Part shown: piece after piece, positions 39,357 to 52,134 of the stretch
Position numbering within the stretch: position 1 is the stretch's first letter
Layout of the letters: each line of letters starts with the position of its first letter
NCBI RefSeq assembly: GCF_006345805.1
Contig: NW_021833637.1
Location: 1-56,946, forward strand
DNA: 56,946 nucleotides
Direction: 5' to 3'
Origin: Octopus sinensis
Lineage: Eukaryota
Notes under the pieces: model-generated
The model's input: only the letters and a program-made list of their open reading frames with translations
Told to the model about the DNA's origin: nothing
Database searches by the model: none
Translations under genes and position numbers: made by a program

Positions 39357-39749
39357 TGTCTGGCATTTTGAGCAAGTGTCTTCTACTACAGCTACGGATC
39401 GGCCAAAGACATGCGAGCGAATTTGGTAGACAGAAACTGAAAGAAGCCCCGCGTGTGTGTATATGTGTGTGTGTGTGTGTCTATGCTTGTCCCCCACCAC
39501 CACCGCTTGACAACCGGTGCTGGTCTGTTTACGTCCCCGTAACTTAGCGATTCGGTAAAAAGAAACGTACAGAATGATTACCAGACTAAAAAAAAACTGA
39601 AAGCCCTGGGGTTGATTCGTTCGACTAAAATTCTTCAGGGATGTGCTCCAGCATGGTCACAGTCTAATGACTGAAGCAAATTAAACAGATTTACAAACGT
39701 ATATTTATATATTTGTAAACAGAGGGGAAATCAAAAATAACTGTAATCC

Positions 39750-40560
39750 TTGCAAAAGTATCAGCTCCTTCATCCAAACACAGTTCCCGTGGTGGAAGCG
39801 ACTTCCTAACGCATGATCCCCTGAACATCCTAAATGCTTTAGCAGGGGTCCCACAATCTACATCGTTTATCTTAGCTGCAGTGACATTTTCGACAAAGTT
39901 GACCGCAGATATTAAATAATATTGAAAGAAATTACCTGACATAGGAGTTCGTGATAATCTACTGCAGTGGATTACTTGTTGCTTGGCAAACAGAACTTAA
40001 TAAGCGGTCTATCGAATTTATTCAAGATTAAGGAAACACCATTAATGTTATCCAGTATGGTGTGTGTTAGGACCTCTTTCTGTTCAGTATTTACGTAAAT
40101 GATATATGAAATGCCATCAGCCATAGCGAAAGAAAGTCTTTGTTGATGACTCTAAACTCCAGAAATCTATCAAGGGGTTGTTACTGAATAGAATAGCCAG
40201 CCTGATCTATACTTTATGATTAAAAAAAAATCATGCTGTTAAGCGAGGAAAAGTTCGAGCTCGCTTTTGTGGAAAGAGAATATACTTAACAGTTATATTC
40301 TGTTCGTTACTGCGAGCTTCTCACAGCGTTAAATAACATCAGAAACTTGGGTCTAACTATGCAAAATTACGTAAGCTGGAGCGCACATAATTATAAAGTC
40401 GTTATGGCCCACGCAATTTACTCAGAAATTTCTAGTCCAGATATGTTTATACCATTCTTCTTCTCTTCTCTACGTTTGGTAGGTCTCACCATGAATATTG
40501 CTGCCTGCTGTGACCTCTTCAAACAAAACATGTGTGTGACTGAGTGGAGAAATGTAAGAA
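39750..40560 (+). mobile_element. CR1/L2-group LINE reverse transcriptase remnant
   Basis: Frameshifted IVYLSCSDIFDKVD (39862), VLGP..SIYVNDI, FVDDSKL (40139), IRNLG and SWSAH. Confidence 0.75.
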
Positions 40561-40638
40561 AAAGCCATTCAACACATTTAGTTAGAGTTACATATATTGT
40601 TCCTTAAAATAGTCCGAATCGGTTTTATACGACTCAGA

Positions 40639-40731
40639 GTTTCGCAGGTTTCTTACAGAAATCTACTTCATTTAGACTCAGTTAACCGAATGAGCTTGAA
40701 TGAACTAGGTTTCTGTAAAAGCCTGGGAAAC
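40639..40731 (+). repeat. 93-nt imperfect hairpin
   Basis: Arms of 42 and 41 nt, 10-nt loop; on + strand 4 G-U pairs, 3 mismatches and 1 bulge. Confidence 0.75.
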
Positions 40732-41484
40732 GTTAAGGGGTATGGTGCCTACTGAAACTGCTAAAAATAATATTATGTATGTATTCTTTTATAATTGTGT
40801 GTGTATGTGAGCATGTGTGTATGTGTGCCTGTGTGTGTACGTGCATATATTTCAACATTTAGTTACAAGTATATTGAAACATACATTCAAAAAGAGATTA
40901 AAAGCGAGATAGCATTTTAATGAATAAAATATTTGGGACTAATTCTAATATGATGGATAGATAAATATGAAATTAATTACATTTTAGCGATAAATACGCA
41001 GTGCGTCTGTAAACAAAACGCCATAGGCTTAGATCCGACTTCAAAAGCAACAATGATATTTTAGCTGGAGCCGGGTTGATGTGCTTACGCATTGTTATGA
41101 CATTAATTGCAGTACTGACTTCTTTATGTTGAAATATGTCATGAAATCGTTCACCACAGACTCAATTAGACTCTAAACTTGTACAATGAAGTTTGGAGGG
41201 TGGAAACTGTTAGGAAGACTACCTGAAAAACCGTTCCTGCTGTTGCGTGGTAGAATGTAATATGTTACACCATTAACACCATTACCTGAATATGTACCAC
41301 GATTCTGAGTTCAAATATCTTCACTGTCAGCTTCTCCAGTCATTTTCTTGTTCGACGCACCGATATTTCGACAAATCAAATGTCATTAATATATATCCGT
41401 TATACTTTTTGATTTGTTTTAATATTTTTGGCACAATGTTGCATATTACGTAGATTTCAAATTGTTCAAATTCCCTGCGTTATT

Positions 41485-41745
41485 CAGTGATCATGTGACT
41501 GTACAGGCGATCAGATGTTGTTTTACATCGCTGGTCGCAATGCACCTTTTTGTATTGTTTAGGACGCAACACCGCTGGCTAGGCGAGCAGATCAACAACC
41601 CCGCCTAATCGAACGGGAGACTGTAACAAGGTGAAATGAAGTGTTTTCTTCAAGAGTACAACGCGCCGCCATTTCAGGTAATCGAACCCACTATATAGCG
41701 ATCGTGAGGTAAACAGCCTGACCGGTAGCCCTAGCGCCTTCATGC
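41485..41745 (-). mobile_element. SINE family C
   Basis: CAGATGTTGTTTTACATCGCTGGTCGCAATGCAC shared with about 12430-12465. Confidence 0.6.
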
Positions 41746-41944
41746 GTTATTCAGTAGATTAGTTAAGCTAGGCAATTCATCCGAGGCACTCTTTAAAAGC
41801 CAAAATGCAGTGACTGGAGTTGCATTTCTCTCTGCAGGACAAATAATGTCAATGCCTCACCGTTCTTGTGATATCAAGCATAAAAGTATAATTTTTCAGA
41901 GAAATATATGCAGTTATGGCTGAAGCCACAAAAGGGTTGCTTTA

Positions 41945-42061
41945 CGCAGGCGTGGATGTGTGGTAAGAAGTTTGCTTCCCAGCCACGTGATCACTGGTTC
42001 AGTCTCACTGTGTGACACCTTCGCCAAGAGTCTTCCACTGTAGTCAAGACTCGACCAAGGC
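41945..42061 (+). mobile_element. SINE family A 5' fragment
   Basis: Head and core only. Confidence 0.75.
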
Positions 42062-42431
42062 GCACACATACACATACACACACACATGTGTATATATATG
42101 TATATATATATATATAATATATACATACAATATTCGATATGCACATATATACACAAGGGTACTATATGAGTACCTATATAGGTACTCATATAGTACCCTT
42201 GTGTATATATGTGCATATCTAATATAGTATGCATATATTCTATTAATTTGCCTGTACGTCTGATAATTCGCTTACCACTTGTGATGGTATTTTAATAATA
42301 CCATCCCTATATTATGTATATATATATATATATATATATAATAAGAGTAGATCGTATACGAGTGGGTATATATTTGTAAATAAGAAGTTTGAAAACGCCA
42401 CTATATTAGATAAATTTTAATTTTCTTATGA

Positions 42432-42474
42432 ATTTTACGTTTCGGTTCTTGAAAAAACGAACCTTATCAAAAAT
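42432..42474 (-). ncRNA. Minimal hammerhead with U3-A8 compensated core
   Basis: ATTT-TTGATAA-GGTTC(GTTTTTTCAA)GAACC-GAAAC-GTA-AAAT; palindromic ACGT stem III; predicted cleavage after 42436. Confidence 0.65.
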
Positions 42475-42628
42475 ATTATAAAAAGTGCTATGGAAAAGTT
42501 CATAATCATTTCTTACTGGTCTCAATAGAATCCATGTTCTTGAAAAAACGAACCTTATCAAATATATTATGAAAAGTGCAATAGAAAAGTTCATAATCGT
42601 TTCTTACTGTTCTCAATAGAATCCATGT
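42445..42628. repeat. 91-bp tandem duplication
   Basis: Units start at 42445 and 42536. Confidence 0.9.
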
Positions 42629-43384
42629 GGTGGTATTTTGTCGGTAGTTGGTATAATCGCTATATTACTGTTGAGTGTAGTGAAGAAGCCCATTATTGTT
42701 TCTTGCTGGTATCAAAAGGAACCGCTTTTTTGTTACCTTGTGTTCCAATGGTAGCAACAGTAGTGATTGTTGGTCGTAGTGGCTGTTACTGTTGGTCGTA
42801 ATTTTGGCAACCTTGGTGGTGGTTGGGGTTGTAGCAGTTAAGCTGTGGCCATGGCAGCAGCAGCAGCAGCAGTAGTAGAGGACATTTGATCGTAGCAGCA
42901 ATAGTGGTGGGTTCACTGGCACTGTTCACTGACGTCACATACTTCCAAACCAATCAAAACCAAACTTCAACTAATACAAAGAAAAGACCCATAACTGTAT
43001 CCTGTAAGGAAACCAACCAAGCAGAACGACAAGCTTGACCACGGAAGAAAAACATTATCAATATTTTAACGAATCAAAATCAGATCTGCTCGCAGAAAAA
43101 ATTTTTTTATAAATTCCTCCTTCCCTAAAACACCACTGCAAGCGGAAGTGACTGTTTAAAGATCTGAGAAATTGTAATTCCCCCCACCTCCGCCCTTTTT
43201 TTTACTATTTTAATTCTCACACTGTGGCTGTAGCAGCAGCAGTAGCAGTAGATGGCTGTTGATCGTAGCATCAATAGTAGTGACCACGGTGGTTGTAGTA
43301 GTAGTGCTAGTGGAAGTTGTCGTAGTGGTCGTGGTGGTTGTGGTAGAATTTCATTTTTCCTTTTCGGAAGACCAATGTTTTGTT

Positions 43385-43762
43385 TTAATATTCCTGGCCC
43401 AGAGTGTTCAAACTTGGTCTAAATGTTTTGATGAAATAAAGTTCTTTATTTTGGCGTTGGGTGAAGGTTACGCTGTCACTGAATTTGTAAAGTGGGTAAG
43501 TTGTAAATTTCGGATTTTCATTTGTAGCACATCTATCTATGTGTCCGCTGACCGGTATTTTCCGGTATTCAGGGTTTCTAATTTGGGATTTATGCACCGC
43601 CATCCTTTTACGTAAGCTATTTTTTGTATGGCCTATATACTGCCTATTGCAGCCTGTGCATGTTAAGACGTAAATTAAGTTTTCTGATGCACAGGTGAAG
43701 TTTGTTCTAATGGTGAACTGATGGCCTTGTTCTAGTATAAATTCTGAACCTTCTACAAGGAT
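43385..43762 (-). pseudogene. PLE GIY-YIG endonuclease domain (open frame, 5'-truncated)
   Basis: FTIRTNFTCASENLIYVLTCTGCNRQYIGHTKNSLRKRMAVH...KELYFIKTFRPSLN; the upstream ORF extension is (GT)n. Confidence 0.9.
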
Positions 43763-43795
<33 letters not shown>

Positions 43796-43797
43796 CA

Positions 43798-43839
<42 letters not shown>

Positions 43840-43850
43840 TATATATATAT

Positions 43851-43884
<34 letters not shown>

Positions 43885-43904
43885 TATGTATGTATATACA
43901 ACGG

Positions 43905-44050
43905 TCTCCTTTTACTTTATGTGTAGCAAATTCACATACAGGGTTTTGTCGGCCCGATGTTGTTGTCGAAGACACTTCCCAAAAGTTCCATGCAGTGGTA
44001 CCGATCCTGGAACCATGTGGTTGGAAAACAAATTTGTTATCACGTAGCCA
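43905..44050 (-). mobile_element. SINE family A 5' fragment, diverged
   Basis: GAAGACACTT...GGAACCATGTGGTTGG. Confidence 0.65.
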
Positions 44051-44439
44051 CTTCTTAGAAAACATATATTTCGAAACAGATCAATATCGGGAATAATCTA
44101 TACAAAACCTCTTTCCTGTATTTATATATTAATGGATTAAATCGCATTAGAAAACTGTTTTCAGTTCTCTATTGACTTAGAGATAATCAATCAAAAGCGT
44201 TTAGTTGTTCACGAGTTGTTTATGAGCTGCCTATTCCTGGCTATTTGTGTTGTTGTTGTTTGTTTCCAGGCAGGAGAGAGTGGAGTCGTCATCTGAAGTG
44301 AATAAACGTGTGTATATCCGTAGGGGTATTTTGATATGGTGTATTCAGTTGAACGGAACATATGTCAGCCGGATTGGCACAAACGTAGTACGATGGATAG
44401 CAAAATTGCCTAGCAAACACACACACACACACTCATATG

Positions 44440-44483
<44 letters not shown>

Positions 44484-44524
44484 GTATCTATCTCTCTCTG
44501 TATATATATCATTGGGTACGCCAT

Positions 44525-44802
44525 CTGTTATGATGACCAGTTTCACAGTTGATCTGATTAACGGAGCAGCCTGTGCGAGAAATTAACGTGCATGTGGCTG
44601 AGCATTCCACAGACACATGCAGTTTTAGGGAAATTTAGCGTGATACAGAGTGTGAGAAGGCTGGACCTTTGAAGTACAGGTACCTCTCATTTTTGCCAGC
44701 GGGATGGACTGGAACCTCATGAAACAAAGTGTCTTGATAAAAGACACAACGCGCTGCCGGGTATCAAAATCACGACCTTATGAATACTAAGCCATGCGCC
44801 TT
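44525..44802 (-). mobile_element. SINE family C
   Basis: Minus strand starts AGGCGCATGGCTTAGTATTC. Confidence 0.6.
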
Positions 44803-44821
44803 TACTTAAATCAATGTTGAT

Positions 44822-44892
44822 CAACGTGACCAGAATTCGAAACTGAGCCCGCGCCCACAATCTGGGATCCTACCCGCTAGACGGTTGCACCA
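44822..44892 (-). pseudogene. Degenerate tRNA-His(GUG)-like sequence
   Basis: CGTCTAGCGGGTAGGATCCCAGATTGTGGGCGCGGGGCTCAGTTTCGAATTCTGGTCACG follows the eukaryotic tRNA-His pattern; GTG anticodon at 44859-44857; acceptor stem broken. Confidence 0.5.
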
Positions 44893-46301
44893 TGTTGTCC
44901 AGCTGTTTATGTAGAATTTATATAAAAGTTCCCCGACATTCAACCGGAATTCTAACAAAAGTCTTCTAATAGAAATTCACACAAACACTCACACACATGC
45001 ATGCACGTATGCACGCACGCACACACATACATATATGTAACTAATATAAGGGGATTAGCTTCGCATAGAATATTTTCTTCATATTTATCTCTACACATAA
45101 TTAACACTTATTTTTTATAATGATCCACATTTACATATAATCATGGCTCAAAAGCAATATATTGTAAAAAGATACGTTTGAAACCAACGAATAGAAAAAT
45201 ATTTATTAAAAAAAGACACCAAAGTACACAAACTATAATTCCCTAAAATATAGAGATTAAATTTCTACATAGAAGTGAACTAACTTCTAGAACAATTAAC
45301 ACCAAGAGAGAAATCTGCTGACCAAACACCCAGGATTTACAAGTTAGTAATTTAAAATTTCGTGGTATGCTTAACTGATAGCGTCCACCTTGGTACAGCT
45401 TTCTAAGTAGCACAAATGTTTTGTAAAGAAATCTCCTGAGAAATTAATCTTATCACCCACTTGCATTCTTTTGAGGACCGTTAAACATTCCATAACCAAA
45501 CAGGCCAATACATGCATCTACATGTTTGTACTAAGATACTAACATGTATGTCATGGACTGAATCCTAAAAATTAAACCTCCATATGCCCGAAACCCATGT
45601 TAAAGCTCTCATTAGTATCCAAATAAAACCAACTACAAGTAAACTTTGTGACTCAATACACTCATTGCGTTTACCTACATTCTTTTCTGAGAAACAACCC
45701 TATGACCTGAAGATGTCTCACCTAAACAGACACAACTGATTATGCGGAAAGTTTTACATGCATGAATAAATCCCGAATAAAGCTCAACCCCAAATTCAAT
45801 CAATATAACTTTCCCATAATACCATAACATCAGAACATTCTTTAAAACTTAGTCAAGGTTTCAGAGCGCTCTACCTACCCCGGAGAATTTCAACCAAACA
45901 GAGACTAAACTAAAGTCAAAATAGACATGACTGTACCAAATCAGATGAGGGTGGAGAAGAGAACATTTAAGTCAATGTTAATACTATTCCTGTTCAAGAC
46001 TAATACATTCAAGCATGCATACATACCAACTTACATACATACATACATACATACATACACACACACATACACACACACACACACACATAATATATAATAT
46101 ATATATATATTATATATATATAATAAATATTAGGGAATAAATCCAAATTTACAGGGAAAAAAAATCAGATTTAGGATTAAATCCAATTTTATAGTAAAAT
46201 ATTATAAAATATTATTAGAGACAAAACCACTATTTTGCAAAACAAACAAGGAAAGACTTAATCAATACATAAAATTTTAATAAATAGTCAAAAAAAAACC
46301 G

Positions 46302-46344
46302 CCACTACAATCGTTTCTTGTCTTGATCGACAATCTTCAGGTGG
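46302..46344 (-). ncRNA. Minimal type I hammerhead (left arm)
   Basis: Exact mirror of 46392-46434. Confidence 0.75.
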
Positions 46345-46391
46345 ACTTCCAATAAGTCAGTTTCATAATTTGAAACTGACTTATTGGAAGT

Positions 46392-46434
46392 CCACCTGAA
46401 GATTGTCGATCAAGACAAGAAACGATTGTAGTGG
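46392..46434 (+). ncRNA. Minimal type I hammerhead (right arm)
   Basis: CCAC-CTGAAGA-TTGTC(GATCAA)GACAA-GAAAC-GATT-GTA-GTGG; ACGATTGT is self-complementary with two G-U pairs; predicted cleavage after 46430. Confidence 0.75.
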
Positions 46435-46520
46435 CGGTTTTTTTGGCTATTTATTAAATTTTATGTATTGATTAAGTCTTTCCTTGTTTGTTTTGCAAAA
46501 TAGTGGTTTTGTCTCTAATA

Positions 46521-46568
<48 letters not shown>

Positions 46569-47123
46569 ATATACATACACACACACGCATATATATATAT
46601 ATATATATAAATATATACGTTGACAGATACGTGCAGACACACATATATACATATTTATGTGCATAAGTATCCACTGACAATATATATTCTAAATGTCATT
46701 TTAATAAACAATACATTGAGATTTCGAATATATGTTAAAAGATATTACAACATATTGTATACTAATTGACATATATATTGTATACGTTCTAAATATCGTG
46801 TACTGTTGTAAATGACAATAGCAATGACGTAAACAATTGTAAATAAGAATACCAAATCGTAGTTCCTGGATTCAATTAGATTTTAAATGACGTTAAGATA
46901 AATATGTTCGAAATGACAATACAATACAACCGCGTGCCAATGTATATATGCATACATATATACGTACATAGTATATATGTATACATATATACGTATGTAC
47001 GTATATATTGTATTTATGTGTCTGTATATATATGTATATATATATATTATTTATATATAAGCGCATTATATTTTTTGTTGTCGTTTTTCTTGTACTTTTC
47101 TTCTTCTTTTCTCCTTCTTCTTG

Positions 47124-47174
<51 letters not shown>

Positions 47175-47389
47175 TAATAATATAATAATAGTAATAATGA
47201 TAATAATACAGTTAAAATTATCGATCCTTCATTCAATTAAATTTTTACTTTTATTTTCATTCGAGGTATAGCTTTTATCTATATATCGACTATCTACCCA
47301 TCATAGTATCTGTCTATGTGACAATTCATCCATTTCACTATCTAATATGTATGTATGTATGTATATATGTATGTATGTAAGTATATATG

Positions 47390-47466
<77 letters not shown>

Positions 47467-47469
47467 CTA

Positions 47470-47587
<118 letters not shown>

Positions 47588-48827
47588 AAGGTGAGGGTAT
47601 ATGTGTGTCTGCAATTATCCGTCTATCCGTCGAGTTAACAAGACGGATAGACGGATACTCAAGAAAGATGTTTTCAGCAACGGTAGAAATCCTTACAAGA
47701 ATTCCTTTGGCACATTTTGCTCTTTATGATTCTGCTAATCTACACTCAGACACTCTCATGATCTCATGTTACAAAATGCCGCACCATCAAGTAGAAGCTA
47801 CCAAGACACCAGCAGAGCCTATATCTTTTTGCTTCCTGACTACCAAGATCAAAGAAACGGTCTTGCATTTATATCTCATCATCTAAGTTATAGACGAGTG
47901 ATTTGTGATATTTTGAGTCAATGCTGCAACTGGAATCGCTTTGTGTCTAAATGCAAAAGAAGATTCAATTCTTGACCATCTATTTCGATGAATGCCGTCT
48001 GCAAATTTGTTTTGACACCAGTGCACAGCTTGATGAGTCAGTGACATAAAATTACCTGTGGTACTTGTTGTTGATCTTAAGAAAAGCTCATAGTGTGTCT
48101 TTTCAGTTAAAGCTACCTCGGAAAATGAATCTTACAAGGATACATGCTTTTGTTTATATTATAGAAACCAGCAAACAAATTATTTACTGATGGGTCATAA
48201 TATCTATCAAGGAGATAACAATTCATGAAGTGACGCAGAAAATTAAGAGTTTAAATTATAACATGGCAATTGTAAGAATGAAGTTATACGTTACTGTTAG
48301 GATTCCCTTTCTTCTACATAATACGGTGTCATTCCTGGCAATGAATCTGTCGTACCAGTTGCCTGGTATGTGTTTATTATGTAACATTGGGATATCCAGT
48401 TATGTTGCTGCGCTATATTTTGTTGTTATTTAAGCAACGAGTTCGTGGATGCTTAAAGGTTTGGATGTGGTGCTAAGAAAAAGTAGGGACTCTTGAAATA
48501 AGCATATACACCCATTTCCTATTTTTATAGATTTGATCACATGGTTTGCATACGCGTATTCGAGCATGAAATATCGTACCAAATCAGTGCAGGGTCTAAT
48601 TTCTAAAGAACATCTTTAACGGTAACTTGCAAAATAGTTTTAATACTATTGCTAACACAGGTAGGAGCTCGGTGTTGAGTTATAAGCCTTTTTGTATACC
48701 TCGTAGTATACTATGGTTACATAACGAAATGTGCAGTGTGCCTACTAGCAATTAATATATAATACATACATGCATACATATATATATATATATATATTAT
48801 ATATAATATATATATATATATATATAT

Positions 48828-48994
48828 GGTGCAGGACTGGCTGTGTGGTAAGTAAATTTCTTACCAAAACCATATGGTTCCGGATTCAGTCCCACTGCAT
48901 GGACACTTGGACAAGTGTCTTCTACTATACCCACGAGCCGACCAAAGCCTTGTGAGTGGAAATTGGTAGACTGAAACTGAAAGAAGCCCGTCGT
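48828..48994 (+). mobile_element. SINE family A 5' half
   Basis: Head and core up to GAAGCCCGTCG. Confidence 0.85.
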
Positions 48995-49584
48995 GTATAA
49001 ATATATATAATATTATATAATATAATATAATATAATATAATATATATATATGTATTTATATAGGCATGGATATAGGCATTTATACATATAGCCACATATT
49101 TACATATGTATATATATATATATATCGTTTGTATATAGGTGTGTGTGTATTTATATATAATATATACGAACAGACATATGTTTACGTATATGTACATGTA
49201 TGCATACGTAAATGTACAATACACACACATGTGAGAAACATATGTGGTGAGATGTGCATTGAATTACAAATGTTTGCCAGATTCCCAAAACAAGATTCCC
49301 ATATTGAAAATATTTCATATCTTATAGCATGATGCATGGTGTGTATGCTCACATTCAGTGGGTCAGTAAGGTATAAGTTTTGCCAATATACAGTACATGA
49401 GTAATCCCTGATATCACGGCATCGACACACCCAGACACAGAAACAGACACACACACAAATACACACACAAAGTCTTATATGTGTGTGTATATATAGGATA
49501 GACATGTTTATATAGAATTATACATACAGACCCATAAATATTTTTGTAAAAAACCTGATTTATTTATGAGATCACCAATATATA

Positions 49585-50860
49585 TCAGGTCATCCCATAA
49601 CTTCTGTCCGATTTTTCCTTTTAAAAATTGAATGTAATTTAATAGTATTTTAGAATGTCTAATGGAATTAAAGATTATTTTTAGGCATTTGTGTACATTT
49701 AAACTAATTAAATATTATTTTACAGAATAATAGAATAAAAATTTATTTGATTAAAACCCTTTCTAACTTGGCAGTACCCAGTAAAGCATTTAAGGCACAT
49801 AACGCTTTATGAGTACAAAAAAGGAAACCCTGCAGCCGAAGCGACTCGAAACATACTCAGTTTATGGGAAAGAATGCTTGAATGAAAGAACTTGCAGAAG
49901 ATGGTTTGCAAAATTCACAAGTGGAGATTTCAACCTTGAAGAAGAAGATCGAACAGGACGTCCAGTTGAGTTTGATGATAAGCTCTTCGAGGCATTACTT
50001 GAAGAAAATCTTGCATTATCAGTTGAAGAATGTGCAATAAAGCTTAGTTCAAGCCATACAACTATTCATCGTCATCTTCAACAACTTGGAAAGGTTCCTA
50101 AATTGGAAAATGGGTATCTCATGAATTGTCCGAAAGCAAGCGCAAATCTCGAATTGACATCTGCTCTTCTCTCCGTTCTCGCGAACTCATTTCACCCTTT
50201 GTTGATAGACTTGTGACTGGTTATGTAAAATGGAACTTCTATCGAAATGGTAAACGTCGTAAACAGTGGCTTGATAAAAGGGAAAAAACTCAACCACAAG
50301 AGTGAAGGGAACTTCATGGGAAAAAGGTTCTTCTCTCTCTCTGGTGGGATTGCAAAGGAGTAATTCACTTTGAACTGTTACCACCTTATGCAACAATCAA
50401 TGCTCAAGTCTACTGTCATCAATCAGAGCGTTTGAACCAAGCTTTGAAGAAACAAGACCCGCTTTAGTGAATAGAAAAGGAGTGATGCTTTATCAGGACA
50501 ATGCGGGACCCCACGCTGCAAAGATCACAGTAGATCGAAGAGATTGCTTGGGAAAAAATTCCTCATCCATCTTATTCTCCCGACCTCGTTAGACAACCAT
50601 TTGTTTTGTAGTGTACAGAATCATTTGGGGGATATAATTTTCGCAAGCCAGGAGGAGGTCGAAACTGACATTTCAGAGTTCTTCGCTTTGAAACCAAAAG
50701 AGTTTTACATTGATGGGATTAAAAGGCTTGTAAATAGACGGAATGAAGTCATAGATAATCAGCAGGAAAAGTACATCGATGATTAAATTTCAATTAAATG
50801 TAACATTTGATCACTTGTTTTCTTTATTCAAAATTCGGACAGAACTTGTGGATGACCTGA
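49585..50860 (+). mobile_element. Full-length mariner element, inactive (1276 bp)
   Basis: TIRs TCAGGTCATCC..AA.TTCTGTCCGA at both ends with TA flanks. Confidence 0.93.
49809..50786 (+). pseudogene. Mariner transposase, frameshifted
   Basis: TCRRWFAKFTSGDFNLEEEDRTGRP, KVLLSLWWDCKGVIHFELL, QDNAGPH and HPSYSPD; the first catalytic motif reads TGYVKW instead of TGDEKW. Confidence 0.9.
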
Positions 50861-50933
50861 TAGATATATATAGACACATTTGTATATACGTGTATATATA
50901 TATATATAATATATATTATATAATATATATATA

Positions 50934-50989
<56 letters not shown>

Positions 50990-51379
50990 ATATGTATGTA
51001 TTATGTAAATGTATATATTCTATGAGATAATGTAATACTGTTCACCACAGTTGATTATTGGGGAACACATTATAGTATTGTAACACAGAGAGCAAAAGGC
51101 AAGCATACATACATATACATACATATATGTAAGCAAATATGCACGTATATACATGTATATGTATATCCATTCATACACACATATATCCACCTATATATGC
51201 ATACAGACAGACAAATACGTACGTAAAACTCGTTTTGGGGATTAGTGGTTATCGACACACATCAAATAGAGCTATACAGAAAAGCATGTAGATATTGATT
51301 TTGAGAATCCCTTTCACATAGAAAATGTAAAACACATTCTATCCGAAACAGTTTCCCCACCCAATATTGATTTCAAGCT

Positions 51380-51577
51380 TTGGCACCAGGCCAGCAATTT
51401 AGGAGAACTGATTAGTCGATCATATCGGGTCCAAAGTTCAACTTTTATTTATTTTATCCTGAAGGATGATGGGCAATGTCAAGCCCCCAGCAAATTTCAA
51501 CTCCGAACGTAAAGACGGATAAGATGGAGCTACACATCGTACACGGTGAGCTAAAGATTCTGCCAGCTCGCCACCTT
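51380..51577 (-). mobile_element. SINE family B, old copy
   Basis: CTGCCAGCTCGCCACCTT head and CAACTCCGAACGTAAAGAC. Confidence 0.6.
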
Positions 51578-51694
51578 TTTCCAACCTAATTTTAACTTGC
51601 CTACTTTATAACTGTATGTGATGTGCAACGAGAACCACTATTCCAGGGAAAGAATTATTTCACAAAATTCGTATGAGTTCAATATAGATATATA

Positions 51695-51870
51695 TCTATT
51701 ATATAAAATCCGTTCTGTGTGTGTGTGTGTGTGAGTGTCTTCTAGGATCTCGGACATCCTCCATTCGATTGCACTCAAATTTGATATGTAGATACCGATG
51801 GTATCAGAGCGTGTATAAGACTTGAAAAATTACAAAAATCGATTCCAGGTGAGAATGCGATCGATAAAGT
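51695..51870 (+). mobile_element. Helitron-like non-autonomous 5' fragment
   Basis: TCTATTATATAAAA start, then (TG)n and CAAATTTGATATGTAGATAC; resemblance only. Confidence 0.4.
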
Positions 51871-52061
51871 GAATAAAATGGTTTTCCTTTGGAATAGAAA
51901 AAAGTATATCTTTATTTATTCTTTTGAAGATGTCTCAAATTTAGGTTAAATCAGTGTTTCTCAAAGGGGAGGCCTATGGAACGGTGTGAAAAGTTGTTTT
52001 GAGAAATTTGGTTTAAATGTCTGACAACTCAGCACTGTCCATTGCTCGTATATATATATAT

Positions 52062-52134
<73 letters not shown>

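Larger units (their letters stand above)
38952..39688 (+). mobile_element. SINE family A interrupted at 39005-39356
   Basis: Head ends GGTTCCGGG at 39005; resumes (ACTG)TCTGGCATTTTGAGCAAGTGTC at about 39357. Confidence 0.8.
42343..43762 (-). mobile_element. 5'-truncated Penelope-like retroelement (GIY-YIG, 3' UTR, hammerhead end)
   Basis: GIY-YIG ORF, about 900 nt UTR, 91-bp tandem, HHR, and about 90-nt tail into (TA)n; the 5' junction is a (GT)n tract. Confidence 0.75.
46118..46530. mobile_element. Palindromic PLE-type end (family P2) with two hammerheads
   Basis: Arms 46203-46365 and 46371-46530, 5-nt spacer, about 3 differences; about 85-nt one-sided tail; (TA)n flanks. Confidence 0.85.

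Noticed and set aside
45702-45745. CTGAAGA-TGTCT...AGACA
   Set aside because: GAAA is replaced by CAAC and there is no stem I.
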